A stretch of 64,000 nucleotides of DNA. Origin: Flavobacteriaceae bacterium (GTDB lineage Bacteria; Bacteroidota; Bacteroidia; Flavobacteriales; Flavobacteriaceae). Location: positions 26,591 to 90,590 of the forward strand of contig JABHSQ010000014.1 in NCBI GenBank assembly GCA_018669795.1. Reading direction: 5' to 3'. This document shows, one piece after another, positions 28,943-38,446 of the stretch; the first letter of the stretch is position 1, and each line of letters starts with the position of its first letter. The notes under the pieces are model-generated. The model did not search any database. It worked only from the letters and a program-made list of their open reading frames with translations, and was not told the origin of the DNA. The position numbers and the translations under genes are program-made.

Positions 28943-30493
28943 TTGAGATATTTATACGGATTAGCTTTATTTTTAACGATTGTTTTATGGAGTTCTTGTA
29001 GAAACGACTTTGATACTGTTCCAAATACAGGAAATCTTATATTTTCTCAAGATACCATCTATTTAGATACTGTGTTTACTAATATAGGCTCTAGCACCAG
29101 AACATTAAAGGTTTATAATAGTAGTAATGAAGATATAAATATTCCAACCATTCAATTATCACAGGGGGAAAGCTCAAGTTATCGTTTAAATGTTGACGGA
29201 ATTCCTGGAAAAACATTTGAAAACATTAATATTTTAGCAAATGACAGTGTTTTTATTTTTGTTGAAACTACTATAGACATCAATAATTTTCCAAACCCTG
29301 ATAATTCATTCTTATATACAGACAAAATAATTTTTGATTCAGGCAGTAACAGTCAGGAGGTAGATTTAGTTACCCTAGTTCAAGATGCTATTTTTCTTTT
29401 TCCGGAACAATATTCCGATGGAACTATAGAAACATTAAATTTAGGAACTGAAGAAGAACCTGTATTAATTGAAGGTTTTTACTTAGAAGACGATCAATTA
29501 ATATTTACAAATGAAAAACCCTATGTTATTTATGGTTATGCTGCCGTAGCTCCAAACAAAATACTAACAGTTGATGCAGGTGCAAGAATTCATTTTCATA
29601 GAGACAGTGGAATTCTAGTAGCCAATACAGGATCTATGAAAGTAAATGGCACACCAAGTTCAAATCCAGAGTTAATGGAAAATCAAGTTATTTTTGAAGG
29701 GGATCGATTAGAGCCTGGTTTCTCATATGTTCCTGGACAATGGGGTACTATATGGCTAACTCCTGGCAGTACAAATCATGAATTTAATTATACTACTATT
29801 AAAAATTCTATTGTAGGGATTTTAATGGAGGGAAATGATGGAGATAGGACATTAACACTTAAAAATGTTGAAATATTTAATACATCAAGCACCGGTTTAT
29901 TAGCTAGAAATGGAAATGTTTATGGTGAAAATGTCATTATTAACAATAGTGGGCAGACATCTCTATCTTGTTCTTTAGGTGGTCGTTACAATTTTATTCA
30001 ATCAACTTTTGTAAATTATTGGACCAACAACTTTAGATTATTCCCTTCTGTTGTAATAGATAATGTTTTACAGGTTAGTGAAACAGAATTTGTAACTGAA
30101 GATTTAATAGAAGCTAATTTCATCAATTGTATTATTTATGGTAACGAAGCACGAGAATTAATTTTTGTAGAAGATGAAAGTGCTGCTTTCAATTTTAATT
30201 TTGTAAATAGTTTAATCCGTTTTGATGATCCAAGTGGAAATTATTCAGATGACCCAAATTATGATTTTTCTAATGAAAATTTATATTTACATATAGTTAG
30301 AAACCAAGATCCTTCTTTTTTTAACACTAATTTAAATGATTTTAACATAGAGTCTGAAGTTTCAGGAGCAGATGGTATTGCAGATCCTGATGAAGCAGCT
30401 CTAGTTCCTTTTGATGCGAATGGAATTTCTAGAATAGTTCCTTTTCCCGATGCTGGAGCATACCAAAGTATAGTTTTCCCTGATGAAGGATAA
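28943..30493 (+). CDS. hypothetical lipoprotein (possible parallel beta-helix repeats)
   Basis: Lipobox-like LWSSC after a hydrophobic leader. TTG start. Repetitive N.S..G.. segments occur in the middle. I do not recognise a family. Confidence 0.6.
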   Translation: MRYLYGLALFLTIVLWSSCRNDFDTVPNTGNLIFSQDTIYLDTVFTNIGSSTRTLKVYNSSNEDINIPTIQLSQGESSSYRLNVDGIPGKTFENINILANDSVFIFVETTIDINNFPNPDNSFLYTDKIIFDSGSNSQEVDLVTLVQDAIFLFPEQYSDGTIETLNLGTEEEPVLIEGFYLEDDQLIFTNEKPYVIYGYAAVAPNKILTVDAGARIHFHRDSGILVANTGSMKVNGTPSSNPELMENQVIFEGDRLEPGFSYVPGQWGTIWLTPGSTNHEFNYTTIKNSIVGILMEGNDGDRTLTLKNVEIFNTSSTGLLARNGNVYGENVIINNSGQTSLSCSLGGRYNFIQSTFVNYWTNNFRLFPSVVIDNVLQVSETEFVTEDLIEANFINCIIYGNEARELIFVEDESAAFNFNFVNSLIRFDDPSGNYSDDPNYDFSNENLYLHIVRNQDPSFFNTNLNDFNIESEVSGADGIADPDEAALVPFDANGISRIVPFPDAGAYQSIVFPDEG

Positions 30494-30657
30494 TAATGAT
30501 TTAATTTATCTAAAACTAGCTAAGTTATTTCTTTAGGTATACCTAGATTTTTTTTAGTTTTTGAATTGAACAACTTTTGGTAAATCCAATAAAACAAAAC
30601 ACATGCACCTTTATTACACGTTTTATAAAGTTATATTTATTATAGTAAAATTAGCAT

Positions 30658-30692
30658 AAAAAAAAAGCCTTTTCACATGAAAAGGCTTTTTA
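30658..30692. terminator. bidirectional Rho-independent terminator between convergent genes
   Basis: A 12-bp perfect stem (AAAAGCCTTTTC / GAAAAGGCTTTT) with loop ACAT, flanked by an A-run and a T-run. It lies about 25 nt past the csp stop. Confidence 0.7.
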
Positions 30693-30713
30693 CTTAAAAA
30701 ATGATATACATAT

Positions 30714-30908
30714 TTAAAGAACTCTTACATTTACTGCATTCATTCCTTTTTTACCTTCTTTTAATTCAAATTCTACTTTGTCATCTTCACGGATATCATC
30801 ATCGATTAATCCAGAGATGTGTACAAAATGTTCTGTGTTTGTGTCATCTTCAGTAATAAAACCAAATCCTTTGGAGCTATTGAAGAATTTTACTGTACCT
30901 GTTTGCAT
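30714..30908 (-). CDS. cold-shock protein (CspA family)
   Basis: GTVKFFN..KGFGFI RNP-1 motif, 64 aa. Confidence 0.93.
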   Translation of the reverse strand: MQTGTVKFFNSSKGFGFITEDDTNTEHFVHISGLIDDDIREDDKVEFELKEGKKGMNAVNVRVL

Positions 30909-31002
30909 TATAATATATTTAATTAATTAAGATGCAAAAATAGTACATTAAATTGACTTAGTTCTTTTAATTTAATAAATTCCAAAATATTTTTATTCTT
31001 TT

Positions 31003-32277
31003 TTAAGAATTAAACAATGATCTTCCTTCCATTAATTTATTTACTTTTTCTGCAATAGCTTCTAATTTTTCTTCATTATTAAAGTTCATGATAACTTCAT
31101 CAACCAAATCAACTACAGTTTTCATATCGGTTTCAACTAATCCACGTGTTGTTATAGCGGGAGTACCAACTCGGATTCCACTTGTTACAAATGGAGATTT
31201 ATCATCGAAAGGAACCATATTCTTATTTACGGTAATATCTGCTTTCACCAAAGCTTCTTCAGCTTCTTTTCCTGTTATATTTTTATTTCTTAAATCTATT
31301 AATAACATATGATTATCAGTTCCACCAGAAACAATATCATATCCTTTAGCTACAAACGCTTCTGCCATCACCTTAGCATTTTTCTTAACTTGAACTGAGT
31401 AATGCAAAAAATCATCGGTCAAAGCTTCCCCAAAAGCAATCGCTTTAGCAGCAATAATATGTTCTAGTGGCCCTCCTTGATTTCCAGGAAATATTCCGCT
31501 ATTTAGCAAAGCTGACATTTTTTTTAAATTTCCATTTTTTAATTTCTGCCCAAAAGGATTATCAAAATCTTTACCCATCATAATCATTCCACCTCTCGGA
31601 CCTCTCAGAGTTTTATGAGTAGTTGTAGTAACTATATGACAATGAGGTAATGGATCTCTAAGTATACCTTTAGCAATCAAACCTGCTGGGTGTGAAATAT
31701 CAGCTAATAATAGTGCACCAACTTTATCTGCAATTTCTCTGAAACGTTTATAGTCAAAATCTCTAGAATAAGCAGATGCACCAGCAATAATCATTTTAGG
31801 ATGTTCCCGAACAGCAATTTCTTCTACAGTATCCATATTAATAAGCCCTGTTTCTTTATCTACTCCATAAAATACGGGATTATATAATTTTCCAGAAAAA
31901 TTTACTGGAGAACCATGAGTTAAATGCCCTCCATGTGACAAATCAAATCCTAAAAAAGTATCTCCAGGAGCTAAGCAAGCAGCAAAAACTGCTGTATTAG
32001 CCTGAGAACCACTATGAGGCTGTACATTTACATAAGCAGCTCCAAAAAGTGTTTTAGCTCTGTCTATGGCTAATTGCTCAACTTCATCAACAATTTCGCA
32101 GCCTCCATAATATCTTTTTCCTGGATATCCTTCAGCATATTTATTAGTAAGAACAGATCCAGCAGCTTCAAGCACTTGATTGCTTACAAAATTTTCGGAA
32201 GCAATTAATTCTAAACCACTCAATTGTCGTTGTTCTTCATCTTTTATAAGCTCAAATATTTGATTGTCTCTAGTCAT
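31003..32277 (-). CDS. glyA: serine hydroxymethyltransferase
   Basis: LELIASENF and [17 protein letters not shown]-lysine motifs, 424 aa. Confidence 0.95.
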   Translation of the reverse strand: MTRDNQIFELIKDEEQRQLSGLELIASENFVSNQVLEAAGSVLTNKYAEGYPGKRYYGGCEIVDEVEQLAIDRAKTLFGAAYVNVQPHSGSQANTAVFAACLAPGDTFLGFDLSHGGHLTHGSPVNFSGKLYNPVFYGVDKETGLINMDTVEEIAVREHPKMIIAGASAYSRDFDYKRFREIADKVGALLLADISHPAGLIAKGILRDPLPHCHIVTTTTHKTLRGPRGGMIMMGKDFDNPFGQKLKNGNLKKMSALLNSGIFPGNQGGPLEHIIAAKAIAFGEALTDDFLHYSVQVKKNAKVMAEAFVAKGYDIVSGGTDNHMLLIDLRNKNITGKEAEEALVKADITVNKNMVPFDDKSPFVTSGIRVGTPAITTRGLVETDMKTVVDLVDEVIMNFNNEEKLEAIAEKVNKLMEGRSLFNS

Positions 32278-32383
32278 AATTATTTTTCTAAAAATTAAAA
32301 ATCAAAAATACAAAAAGCTTACTTATTAATTTCAGTAATATTATATCTTTGGTGAAGATTTTACTAACATAAATATTTAAGTT

Positions 32384-33661
32384 ATGCCTCTTACAGCAAA
32401 TGATCCATCTAGAAAAACCTGGCTAGATACTTTAGTAAATACCGATTTTCCAATTCAAAACATTCCGTTTGGAGTTTTTTCAACACCTGATGACATCATT
32501 ACCATTGGCACACGTATTGGAGATTACGCAATAGATTTAGGTGCTTTACATCAATTGGGTTATTTTGATGGAATAGATTTAAGCGACGATATTTTTATGC
32601 AAGACAGTCTAAACAATTTTATTGCTGATGGAAGAAAAACTTGGAGGTTGATTCGCAATCGTATTTCAGAGCTTTTTTTAGAAGGAAATTCTAAACTTCG
32701 TGATCATCAAGAACACAGAAATGTTGTTTTGTTTATGATGAATGAAATTAAAATGCAACTTCCAGTTGATGTAGGGGATTATACAGATTTTTATGCAAGC
32801 AAAGAGCACGCAACCAATGTAGGATCTCTTTTTCGTGATCCAGAAAATGCATTGCTTCCAAATTGGCTTCGAATTCCTATTGGGTATCATGGAAGAAGTT
32901 CTTCTATAATACCTTCAGGAACTCCCATCCACAGACCTTATGGTCAAACCAAACCAGGAGATAATGGTATTCCAGGATTTGGTCCATCTAAATTAGTAGA
33001 CTTTGAATTAGAAATGGCATTTATCACCACAGATGCAAATCAATTAGGAAAAAGAGTTCCAATAGAAAAAGCAGAAGATTATATTTTTGGATTGGTATTA
33101 TTTAATGATTGGAGCGCAAGAGATATTCAAGCATGGGAATATGTGCCATTAGGTCCATTTTTAGGAAAGAGTTTTGCTTCTACAATTTCTCCTTGGATTG
33201 TAACATTAGATGCCTTAGAACCTTTCAGAACAAATGGTCCAAAACAAGACCCTACTCCACTACCTTATTTAAAACACGGTGAAAACAAAAACTTTGATAT
33301 TAAATTACAAGTTGCCATACAGCCAGAAAACGATGAAGAAACGGTAGTTACCAATTCTAATTTTAAATATATGTATTGGTCAATGGCACAACAACTAACT
33401 CACCACACTGTTAATGGCTGTAATGTGCGATCTGGTGATATGATGGGAAGTGGTACCATTTCTGGGCCAACAAAAGATAGTTATGGATCGATGTTAGAAT
33501 TAAGTTGGAGAGGACAAAACTCAGTGCCACTAAAAAATGGTAAGGAGCGTAAATTCATCCAAGATAACGATACTATTGTAATGAGAGCTTTTGCTGAAAA
33601 AAACGGCTTGCGTATTGGCTTTGGGGAATGTAACGGAAAAGTGTTAGCAGCAATAGATTAA
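32384..33661 (+). CDS. fahA: fumarylacetoacetase
   Basis: An N-terminal FAH domain followed by the catalytic domain with DFELE and NDWSARDIQ.WEY.PLGPF motifs, 425 aa. Confidence 0.9.
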   Translation: MPLTANDPSRKTWLDTLVNTDFPIQNIPFGVFSTPDDIITIGTRIGDYAIDLGALHQLGYFDGIDLSDDIFMQDSLNNFIADGRKTWRLIRNRISELFLEGNSKLRDHQEHRNVVLFMMNEIKMQLPVDVGDYTDFYASKEHATNVGSLFRDPENALLPNWLRIPIGYHGRSSSIIPSGTPIHRPYGQTKPGDNGIPGFGPSKLVDFELEMAFITTDANQLGKRVPIEKAEDYIFGLVLFNDWSARDIQAWEYVPLGPFLGKSFASTISPWIVTLDALEPFRTNGPKQDPTPLPYLKHGENKNFDIKLQVAIQPENDEETVVTNSNFKYMYWSMAQQLTHHTVNGCNVRSGDMMGSGTISGPTKDSYGSMLELSWRGQNSVPLKNGKERKFIQDNDTIVMRAFAEKNGLRIGFGECNGKVLAAID

Positions 33662-33664
33662 TTT

Positions 33665-34057
33665 TTAACCAAATTGTTTTAATAAGTCTGCATCTATTTG
33701 ATGGTGAGAACTATGGTGTATTGTATTGCCATCTTTTAAAACAATTAATTGAGGACTTTGATGAAATACCTGAAATCGGATTGCAATTTCATTTGAAATA
33801 TCTCTAAAAGATAATAAGTCTAAAAAATATAGCTTTACGTTCGCATTATCTATTTCAAACTGTCTTTCAAATTGCCGTAATGCCATACTGCTTGTGCCAC
33901 AACGAGTTGAATGTTTAAAGATAGCAATGGATTTATGGAACGACTCCTTTTCAATTTCAATTAATTGATCTACTGAGGTCAATAGATTCCAAGGAATTAT
34001 TTTTTTTGGTTCTTTGGAAATTTCCTTTGACTTAAATATTTTTTTTAAAAAACTCAT
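33665..34057 (-). CDS. YtxJ/BrxC-like monothiol thioredoxin-fold protein (DUF2847)
   Basis: IFKHSTRCGTS single-Cys motif and the SPQ(L)IV block typical of the YtxJ family. About 130 aa. Confidence 0.75.
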   Translation of the reverse strand: MSFLKKIFKSKEISKEPKKIIPWNLLTSVDQLIEIEKESFHKSIAIFKHSTRCGTSSMALRQFERQFEIDNANVKLYFLDLLSFRDISNEIAIRFQVFHQSPQLIVLKDGNTIHHSSHHQIDADLLKQFG

Positions 34058-34276
34058 TATTTATTTTTCATTAGTAGTAGCAAAAATACTTAAAACTTAC
34101 ACTTATCAAAAAACATTCTTAATAATAGCTCACAAAATCAGAGAAATAATTATAAAAATGTCATTTTGACGTAAATTTAATGTTTTAACATGTCATTTTG
34201 ACTCATTTAATAAGTGGTTTACTTTTTGATTATATGTTAATTAAATTAAAGAAGAACATAAAAAAAACAATAAGTT

Positions 34277-36880
34277 ATGAACTTAAATAGCTATACGATT
34301 AAATCACAGGAAGCTATACAGCAAGCTCAACTACTTGCTCAAAGCTTAGGCCATCAACAAATTGAAAATGAGCATATTTTAAAAGCCATTTTTGAAGTTG
34401 ATAAAAACGTGATTCCATTTATATTAAACAAGCTAAATGTAAATGTAGCTTTATTGAATAAAATACTAGATAAACAATTAGAAAGTTTTCCGAAAGTATC
34501 TGGAGGTGATATTATGCTTTCTACTACTGCTGGAAAAACAATTAATGAGGCAACTATTATTGCTAAAAAAATGAAGGATGAATATGTATCCATTGAACAT
34601 TTATTAATAGCAATATTTAAATCTAAAAGTAACATTGCTCAAAGTTTAAAAGACCAGGGAGTAACTGAAAAAGGAATTAAAGCTGCTATCGATGAAATTA
34701 GAAATGGAGATCGAGTAACTTCTCAATCTGCAGAAGAAACTTATAATTCATTAAATAAATATGCCCGAAACTTAAATCAGTTAGCAGCAGAAGGCAAACT
34801 TGATCCTGTTATTGGACGTGATGAAGAAATAAGACGAATCTTACAAATTCTATCACGAAGAACTAAAAACAATCCTATGTTGGTAGGTGAACCTGGCACC
34901 GGAAAAACTGCAATTGCTGAAGGATTAGCACACAGAATAATAGCTGGAGATATTCCTGAAAACTTAAAAGATAAGCAACTGTTTTCTTTGGACATGGGAG
35001 CATTAATTGCGGGAGCTAAATATAAAGGTGAATTTGAAGAACGACTAAAATCGGTTATTAAAGAAGTAACTACAAGCGATGGGCAAATCGTGTTATTTAT
35101 AGACGAAATACATACCTTGGTTGGAGCTGGTGGTGGACAAGGAGCCATGGATGCTGCAAACATCTTAAAACCTGCTTTAGCAAGAGGTGAACTTAGAGCT
35201 ATCGGCGCAACAACACTAGATGAATATCAAAAATACTTTGAAAAAGACAAGGCCTTAGAAAGGCGTTTTCAAAAAGTAATGGTAAACGAACCTAATACCG
35301 AAAGTGCTATTTCTATCCTTCGTGGAATTAAAGAGAAATACGAAACTCATCACAAAGTGCGCATTAAAGATGAAGCTATTATTGCATCCGTAGCGCTTTC
35401 TCAAAGGTATATTACCAATCGTTTTTTACCAGACAAAGCAATTGACTTAATGGATGAAGCTGCTGCAAAAATAAGAATGGAAATCAATTCAAAACCAGAG
35501 GAGTTAGATGTTCTGGATCGTAAAATAATGCAGCTAGAAATTGAAATTGAAGCGATTAAAAGAGAAAAAGACGAGACTAAACTAAAAGTATTGCGATCTG
35601 ATTTAGCAAACATAAAAGAAGAACGAAATTCTGTTCATGCTAAATGGAAAAGCGAAAAAGAAATAGTAGACGGCATACAGAATATTAAAACTGAAATTGA
35701 AGCTTTTAAACAAGAAGCTGACAAAGCAGAAAGAGATGGTGATTTTGGTAAAGTTGCTGAATTAAGATATGGAAAAATAAAAGAGGCAAAAGAGAAATTA
35801 GTTAACTTGGAAACTAAGTTGGCAGAAAATGAAAATGAAACCTCTTTAATAAAAGAAGAAGTTACAACAGAAGATATTGCTGAAGTTGTCGCAAAATGGA
35901 CTGGAATACCTATCACAAAAATGCTTCAAAGTGATCGGGATAAGCTATTGAAACTAGAGGATGAATTACATCAACGAGTCGTTGGACAAAATGAGGCTAT
36001 AGTTGCTGTTAGTGATGCCATTAGAAGAAGCCGTGCAGGATTGCAAGATAAAAAGAAACCCATTGGCACCTTCTTATTCCTTGGTACTACTGGTGTTGGA
36101 AAAACAGAATTAGCAAAAGCTTTGGCAGCATATATGTTTGATGATGAAAATGCAATGACTCGAATTGATATGAGTGAGTATCAAGAACGCCATAGTGTGA
36201 GTAGGTTAATAGGTGCACCTCCAGGATACGTTGGTTATGATGAAGGTGGACAATTAACAGAGGCTGTGAGACGTAAACCTTATTCTGTGGTACTATTAGA
36301 TGAAATTGAAAAAGCACATCCAGACACGTTTAATATTTTACTTCAAGTTTTAGACGAAGGAAGATTAACTGATAATAAAGGACGGGTTGCCGATTTTAAA
36401 AATACGGTAATTATTATGACTAGTAATATGGGATCGCATATTATACAGGAAAAATTTGAAGGTCTGAAAGATATTGACACAGCAATGAAAACTGCTAAAG
36501 TAGAAGTCTTAGGTTTATTAAAACAATCGGTACGTCCTGAATTTTTAAATAGAATTGATGATATTATTATGTTTACTCCATTATCAAAAATAGAGATTAA
36601 ACAAATAGTAATATTACAGTTAAAAGGACTTACGAAGATGTTAGCTAAGCAACACATTACTTTAGATGCTACAGAAGAAGCAATAGATTATATCGCTAAA
36701 TTAGGGTATGACCCCCAATATGGAGCAAGGCCTGTAAAAAGAGTTATTCAAAAAGAAGTACTGAATAAACTTTCGAAAGATATTTTATCAGGAGAAGTAA
36801 CTGTCGATAGCATCATACTACTTGATAGTTTTAATGATCAATTGGTCTTTAGAAATGAAAACGATTTGGTAAATAGTTAA
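34277..36880 (+). CDS. clpB: ATP-dependent chaperone ClpB
   Basis: Two AAA+ modules (GEPGTGKTA, GTTGVGKTE) with a long middle coiled-coil, 867 aa. Confidence 0.95.
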   Translation: MNLNSYTIKSQEAIQQAQLLAQSLGHQQIENEHILKAIFEVDKNVIPFILNKLNVNVALLNKILDKQLESFPKVSGGDIMLSTTAGKTINEATIIAKKMKDEYVSIEHLLIAIFKSKSNIAQSLKDQGVTEKGIKAAIDEIRNGDRVTSQSAEETYNSLNKYARNLNQLAAEGKLDPVIGRDEEIRRILQILSRRTKNNPMLVGEPGTGKTAIAEGLAHRIIAGDIPENLKDKQLFSLDMGALIAGAKYKGEFEERLKSVIKEVTTSDGQIVLFIDEIHTLVGAGGGQGAMDAANILKPALARGELRAIGATTLDEYQKYFEKDKALERRFQKVMVNEPNTESAISILRGIKEKYETHHKVRIKDEAIIASVALSQRYITNRFLPDKAIDLMDEAAAKIRMEINSKPEELDVLDRKIMQLEIEIEAIKREKDETKLKVLRSDLANIKEERNSVHAKWKSEKEIVDGIQNIKTEIEAFKQEADKAERDGDFGKVAELRYGKIKEAKEKLVNLETKLAENENETSLIKEEVTTEDIAEVVAKWTGIPITKMLQSDRDKLLKLEDELHQRVVGQNEAIVAVSDAIRRSRAGLQDKKKPIGTFLFLGTTGVGKTELAKALAAYMFDDENAMTRIDMSEYQERHSVSRLIGAPPGYVGYDEGGQLTEAVRRKPYSVVLLDEIEKAHPDTFNILLQVLDEGRLTDNKGRVADFKNTVIIMTSNMGSHIIQEKFEGLKDIDTAMKTAKVEVLGLLKQSVRPEFLNRIDDIIMFTPLSKIEIKQIVILQLKGLTKMLAKQHITLDATEEAIDYIAKLGYDPQYGARPVKRVIQKEVLNKLSKDILSGEVTVDSIILLDSFNDQLVFRNENDLVNS

Positions 36881-36891
36881 TTTTAAACAAT

Positions 36892-36924
36892 AAAAAAACC
36901 TTCAGAGATTCTGAAGGTTTTTTT
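36892..36924. terminator. bidirectional Rho-independent terminator between clpB and the convergent T9SS-thioredoxin gene
   Basis: Stem CCTTCAG / CTGAAGG with a 5-nt loop, flanked by A7 and T7. Confidence 0.75.
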
Positions 36925-36941
36925 ATATAAATAGAGTTAAC

Positions 36942-37739
36942 TTATTTTATAATTATTTTTTTTGTAGCTGAATTACGTTCGGTATTTACTTTTACAAAAT
37001 ACGTTCCTGAACTAACATTTAAGCTAAATTTAATCGAATTAGAATTTGTATCGTTAGCATAAACTTCTTTTCCTGTAATATCATATATTCTAATACTTCT
37101 TGCTTCTTGGTTATTCATAATGATTGAAATATTTTGACCATTTGATACCGTAGGGAAAATTGAGAAGCTTGCAGCTGCTACATCAGTAATTCCTAATATA
37201 GTACATTCCATAACTTCAGGGTCAAGACCACTAGGGAAAGTAGCTTCAAAAGTAGAAACATCTGTTAAAGGCCAAATATCTTTTTCAAATAAAGTTCTAT
37301 CAGGTCCAACCATAACAAAAGTAGGAAAAGCACCAACTCCGAAATTTGAAGTTACAGCTCCACCACCACCATCAGCACTTACAGCTGGTGCATGATTAAA
37401 AGGCCCTCCGAAGGTTTCTTCATAAATAATGACTTCTTCATCAGAATCACTACCGTCATTTATAGAAATCATAATAAGCTCCCCTTCATTACATCCATAT
37501 TTATCGTAAAACTCACTGAAAGTTGGTTGCCAAATTTGACAAGGTCCACAAGTATCAAAAAAGAAATCTAAATAAACATATTTTCCTGCATCTGCATATT
37601 CATATAGATTATGCTCAATGCCAAAAACGTCCGTTACCGTAAAATCATCTACAACATCTCCTACGTTATAATTTCCAGCTTGTCCAAAAGAGCTAATTGT
37701 AAATAATAGCATTAATGCTAGTAAAGTATTTTTTTTCAT
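36942..37739 (-). CDS. T9SS type A sorting domain-containing thioredoxin-fold (redoxin) protein
   Basis: Signal peptide MKKNTLLALMLLFTISSFGQ, so I prefer the start at 37739. A thioredoxin-like core carries a CGPC active site. The C-terminal roughly 75 aa (FSIFPTVSNGQ...IRIYDITGKEV...SGTYFVKV) are a Por secretion tail. Confidence 0.75.
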   Translation of the reverse strand: MKKNTLLALMLLFTISSFGQAGNYNVGDVVDDFTVTDVFGIEHNLYEYADAGKYVYLDFFFDTCGPCQIWQPTFSEFYDKYGCNEGELIMISINDGSDSDEEVIIYEETFGGPFNHAPAVSADGGGGAVTSNFGVGAFPTFVMVGPDRTLFEKDIWPLTDVSTFEATFPSGLDPEVMECTILGITDVAAASFSIFPTVSNGQNISIIMNNQEARSIRIYDITGKEVYANDTNSNSIKFSLNVSSGTYFVKVNTERNSATKKIIIK

Positions 37740-37800
37740 ATCTAAATTTATTAATTTATCAAATATAGAATAAAAAATATTATTAAAAGAACGGATATAC

Positions 37801-37819
37801 AATATACCATATGGTATAT
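37801..37819. promoter_or_regulatory. perfect 18-bp palindrome ATATACCAT|ATGGTATAT, candidate TetR operator
   Basis: It lies in the roughly 110-bp divergent intergenic region between the T9SS-thioredoxin gene and the TetR gene. Coordinates are accurate to about 1 nt. Confidence 0.45.
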
Positions 37820-37849
37820 TTATTTATATTTGTGTTTTATAAATCTATT

Positions 37850-38446
37850 ATGCTGACAAAATCTGAAAAAACAACAAAGTATATTATTGAAACAGTAGCT
37901 CCAATTTTTAATAAAAAAGGTTATGAAGCAACCTCTATGAAAGACATTACTTCTGCTACGAGCTTAACAAAAGGTGCTATTTATGGCAATTTTAAAAACA
38001 AAGAAGCGATTGCTATTTCAGCCTTTAAAGAAAATGTAAACGCTCTTTTAAAAAAAATAGCTAAGCATCAAAACCAAAGTAAATCTCCATTAGAAAAACT
38101 TTATTTAATTACTGACTTTTATACAAATTACTACGACTATAGTAAAAAATTAGGAGGATGTCCTATATTAAATATTGGAGTAGATGCTAAGCATCAAGAA
38201 ACATCACTTTTAGAACATGTTCGGTCAGTAATCAATAAAACCCAATATAATATATCGAAATTGATAGATTGGGGTAAAGAAACTAGTGAAATTAAACAAG
38301 AAGTAAATTCACAACTTTTCGCAAAACGTTTATATAGTCATATACAAGGAGCAATATTTATGACCTATACCATGGATGATGAACAATATTTAAAACAAGC
38401 AATGATAGAAATGAATTCTATCATTAAAAATGAAATAGAAAAGTAA
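37850..38446 (+). CDS. TetR/AcrR family transcriptional regulator
   Basis: N-terminal HTH (GYEATSMKDITSATSLTKGAIYGNFKNKE). I prefer the internal Met (MLTKSEK) because the longer ORF runs across the palindrome. Confidence 0.85.
   Translation: MLTKSEKTTKYIIETVAPIFNKKGYEATSMKDITSATSLTKGAIYGNFKNKEAIAISAFKENVNALLKKIAKHQNQSKSPLEKLYLITDFYTNYYDYSKKLGGCPILNIGVDAKHQETSLLEHVRSVINKTQYNISKLIDWGKETSEIKQEVNSQLFAKRLYSHIQGAIFMTYTMDDEQYLKQAMIEMNSIIKNEIEK

Noticed and set aside
34354-36657. Six antisense ORFs of 70-128 aa inside clpB (34354-34635, 34777-35163, 35401-35613, 35635-35916, 36087-36317, 36343-36657).
   Set aside because: All lie fully inside the strongly supported clpB frame on the opposite strand, and their products are low-complexity and Ser/Ile/Phe-rich. 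They are the expected artefact of an AT-rich genome with few antisense stops. The same reasoning applies to the other embedded track ORFs: 520-705, 3539-3760, 5047-5232, 5843-6031, 8773-8970, 12225-12419, 13988-14197, 15066-15278, 19721-19927, 20424-20633, 22049-22312, 24887-25093, 26981-27205, 31088-31312, 32678-32890, 39707-39889, 39920-40156, 41389-41613, 43342-43677, 50186-50395, 54105-54308, 56293-56568, 57822-58019, 58380-58562 and 61880-62101.
37810-37862. An apparent frame discrepancy at the start of the TetR ORF. By my hand count the ATG lies at 37810 and the A-run near 37857-37861 has 5 A, which would put the first 17 codons out of frame with the rest.
   Set aside because: The supplied ORF track translates straight through (MLTKSEKTTKY...), and the TetR HTH needs that N-terminus. 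I attribute the discrepancy to my own miscount of a homopolymer run, not to a real frameshift. It is the reason I give small-motif coordinates in this region as accurate to about 1 nt.
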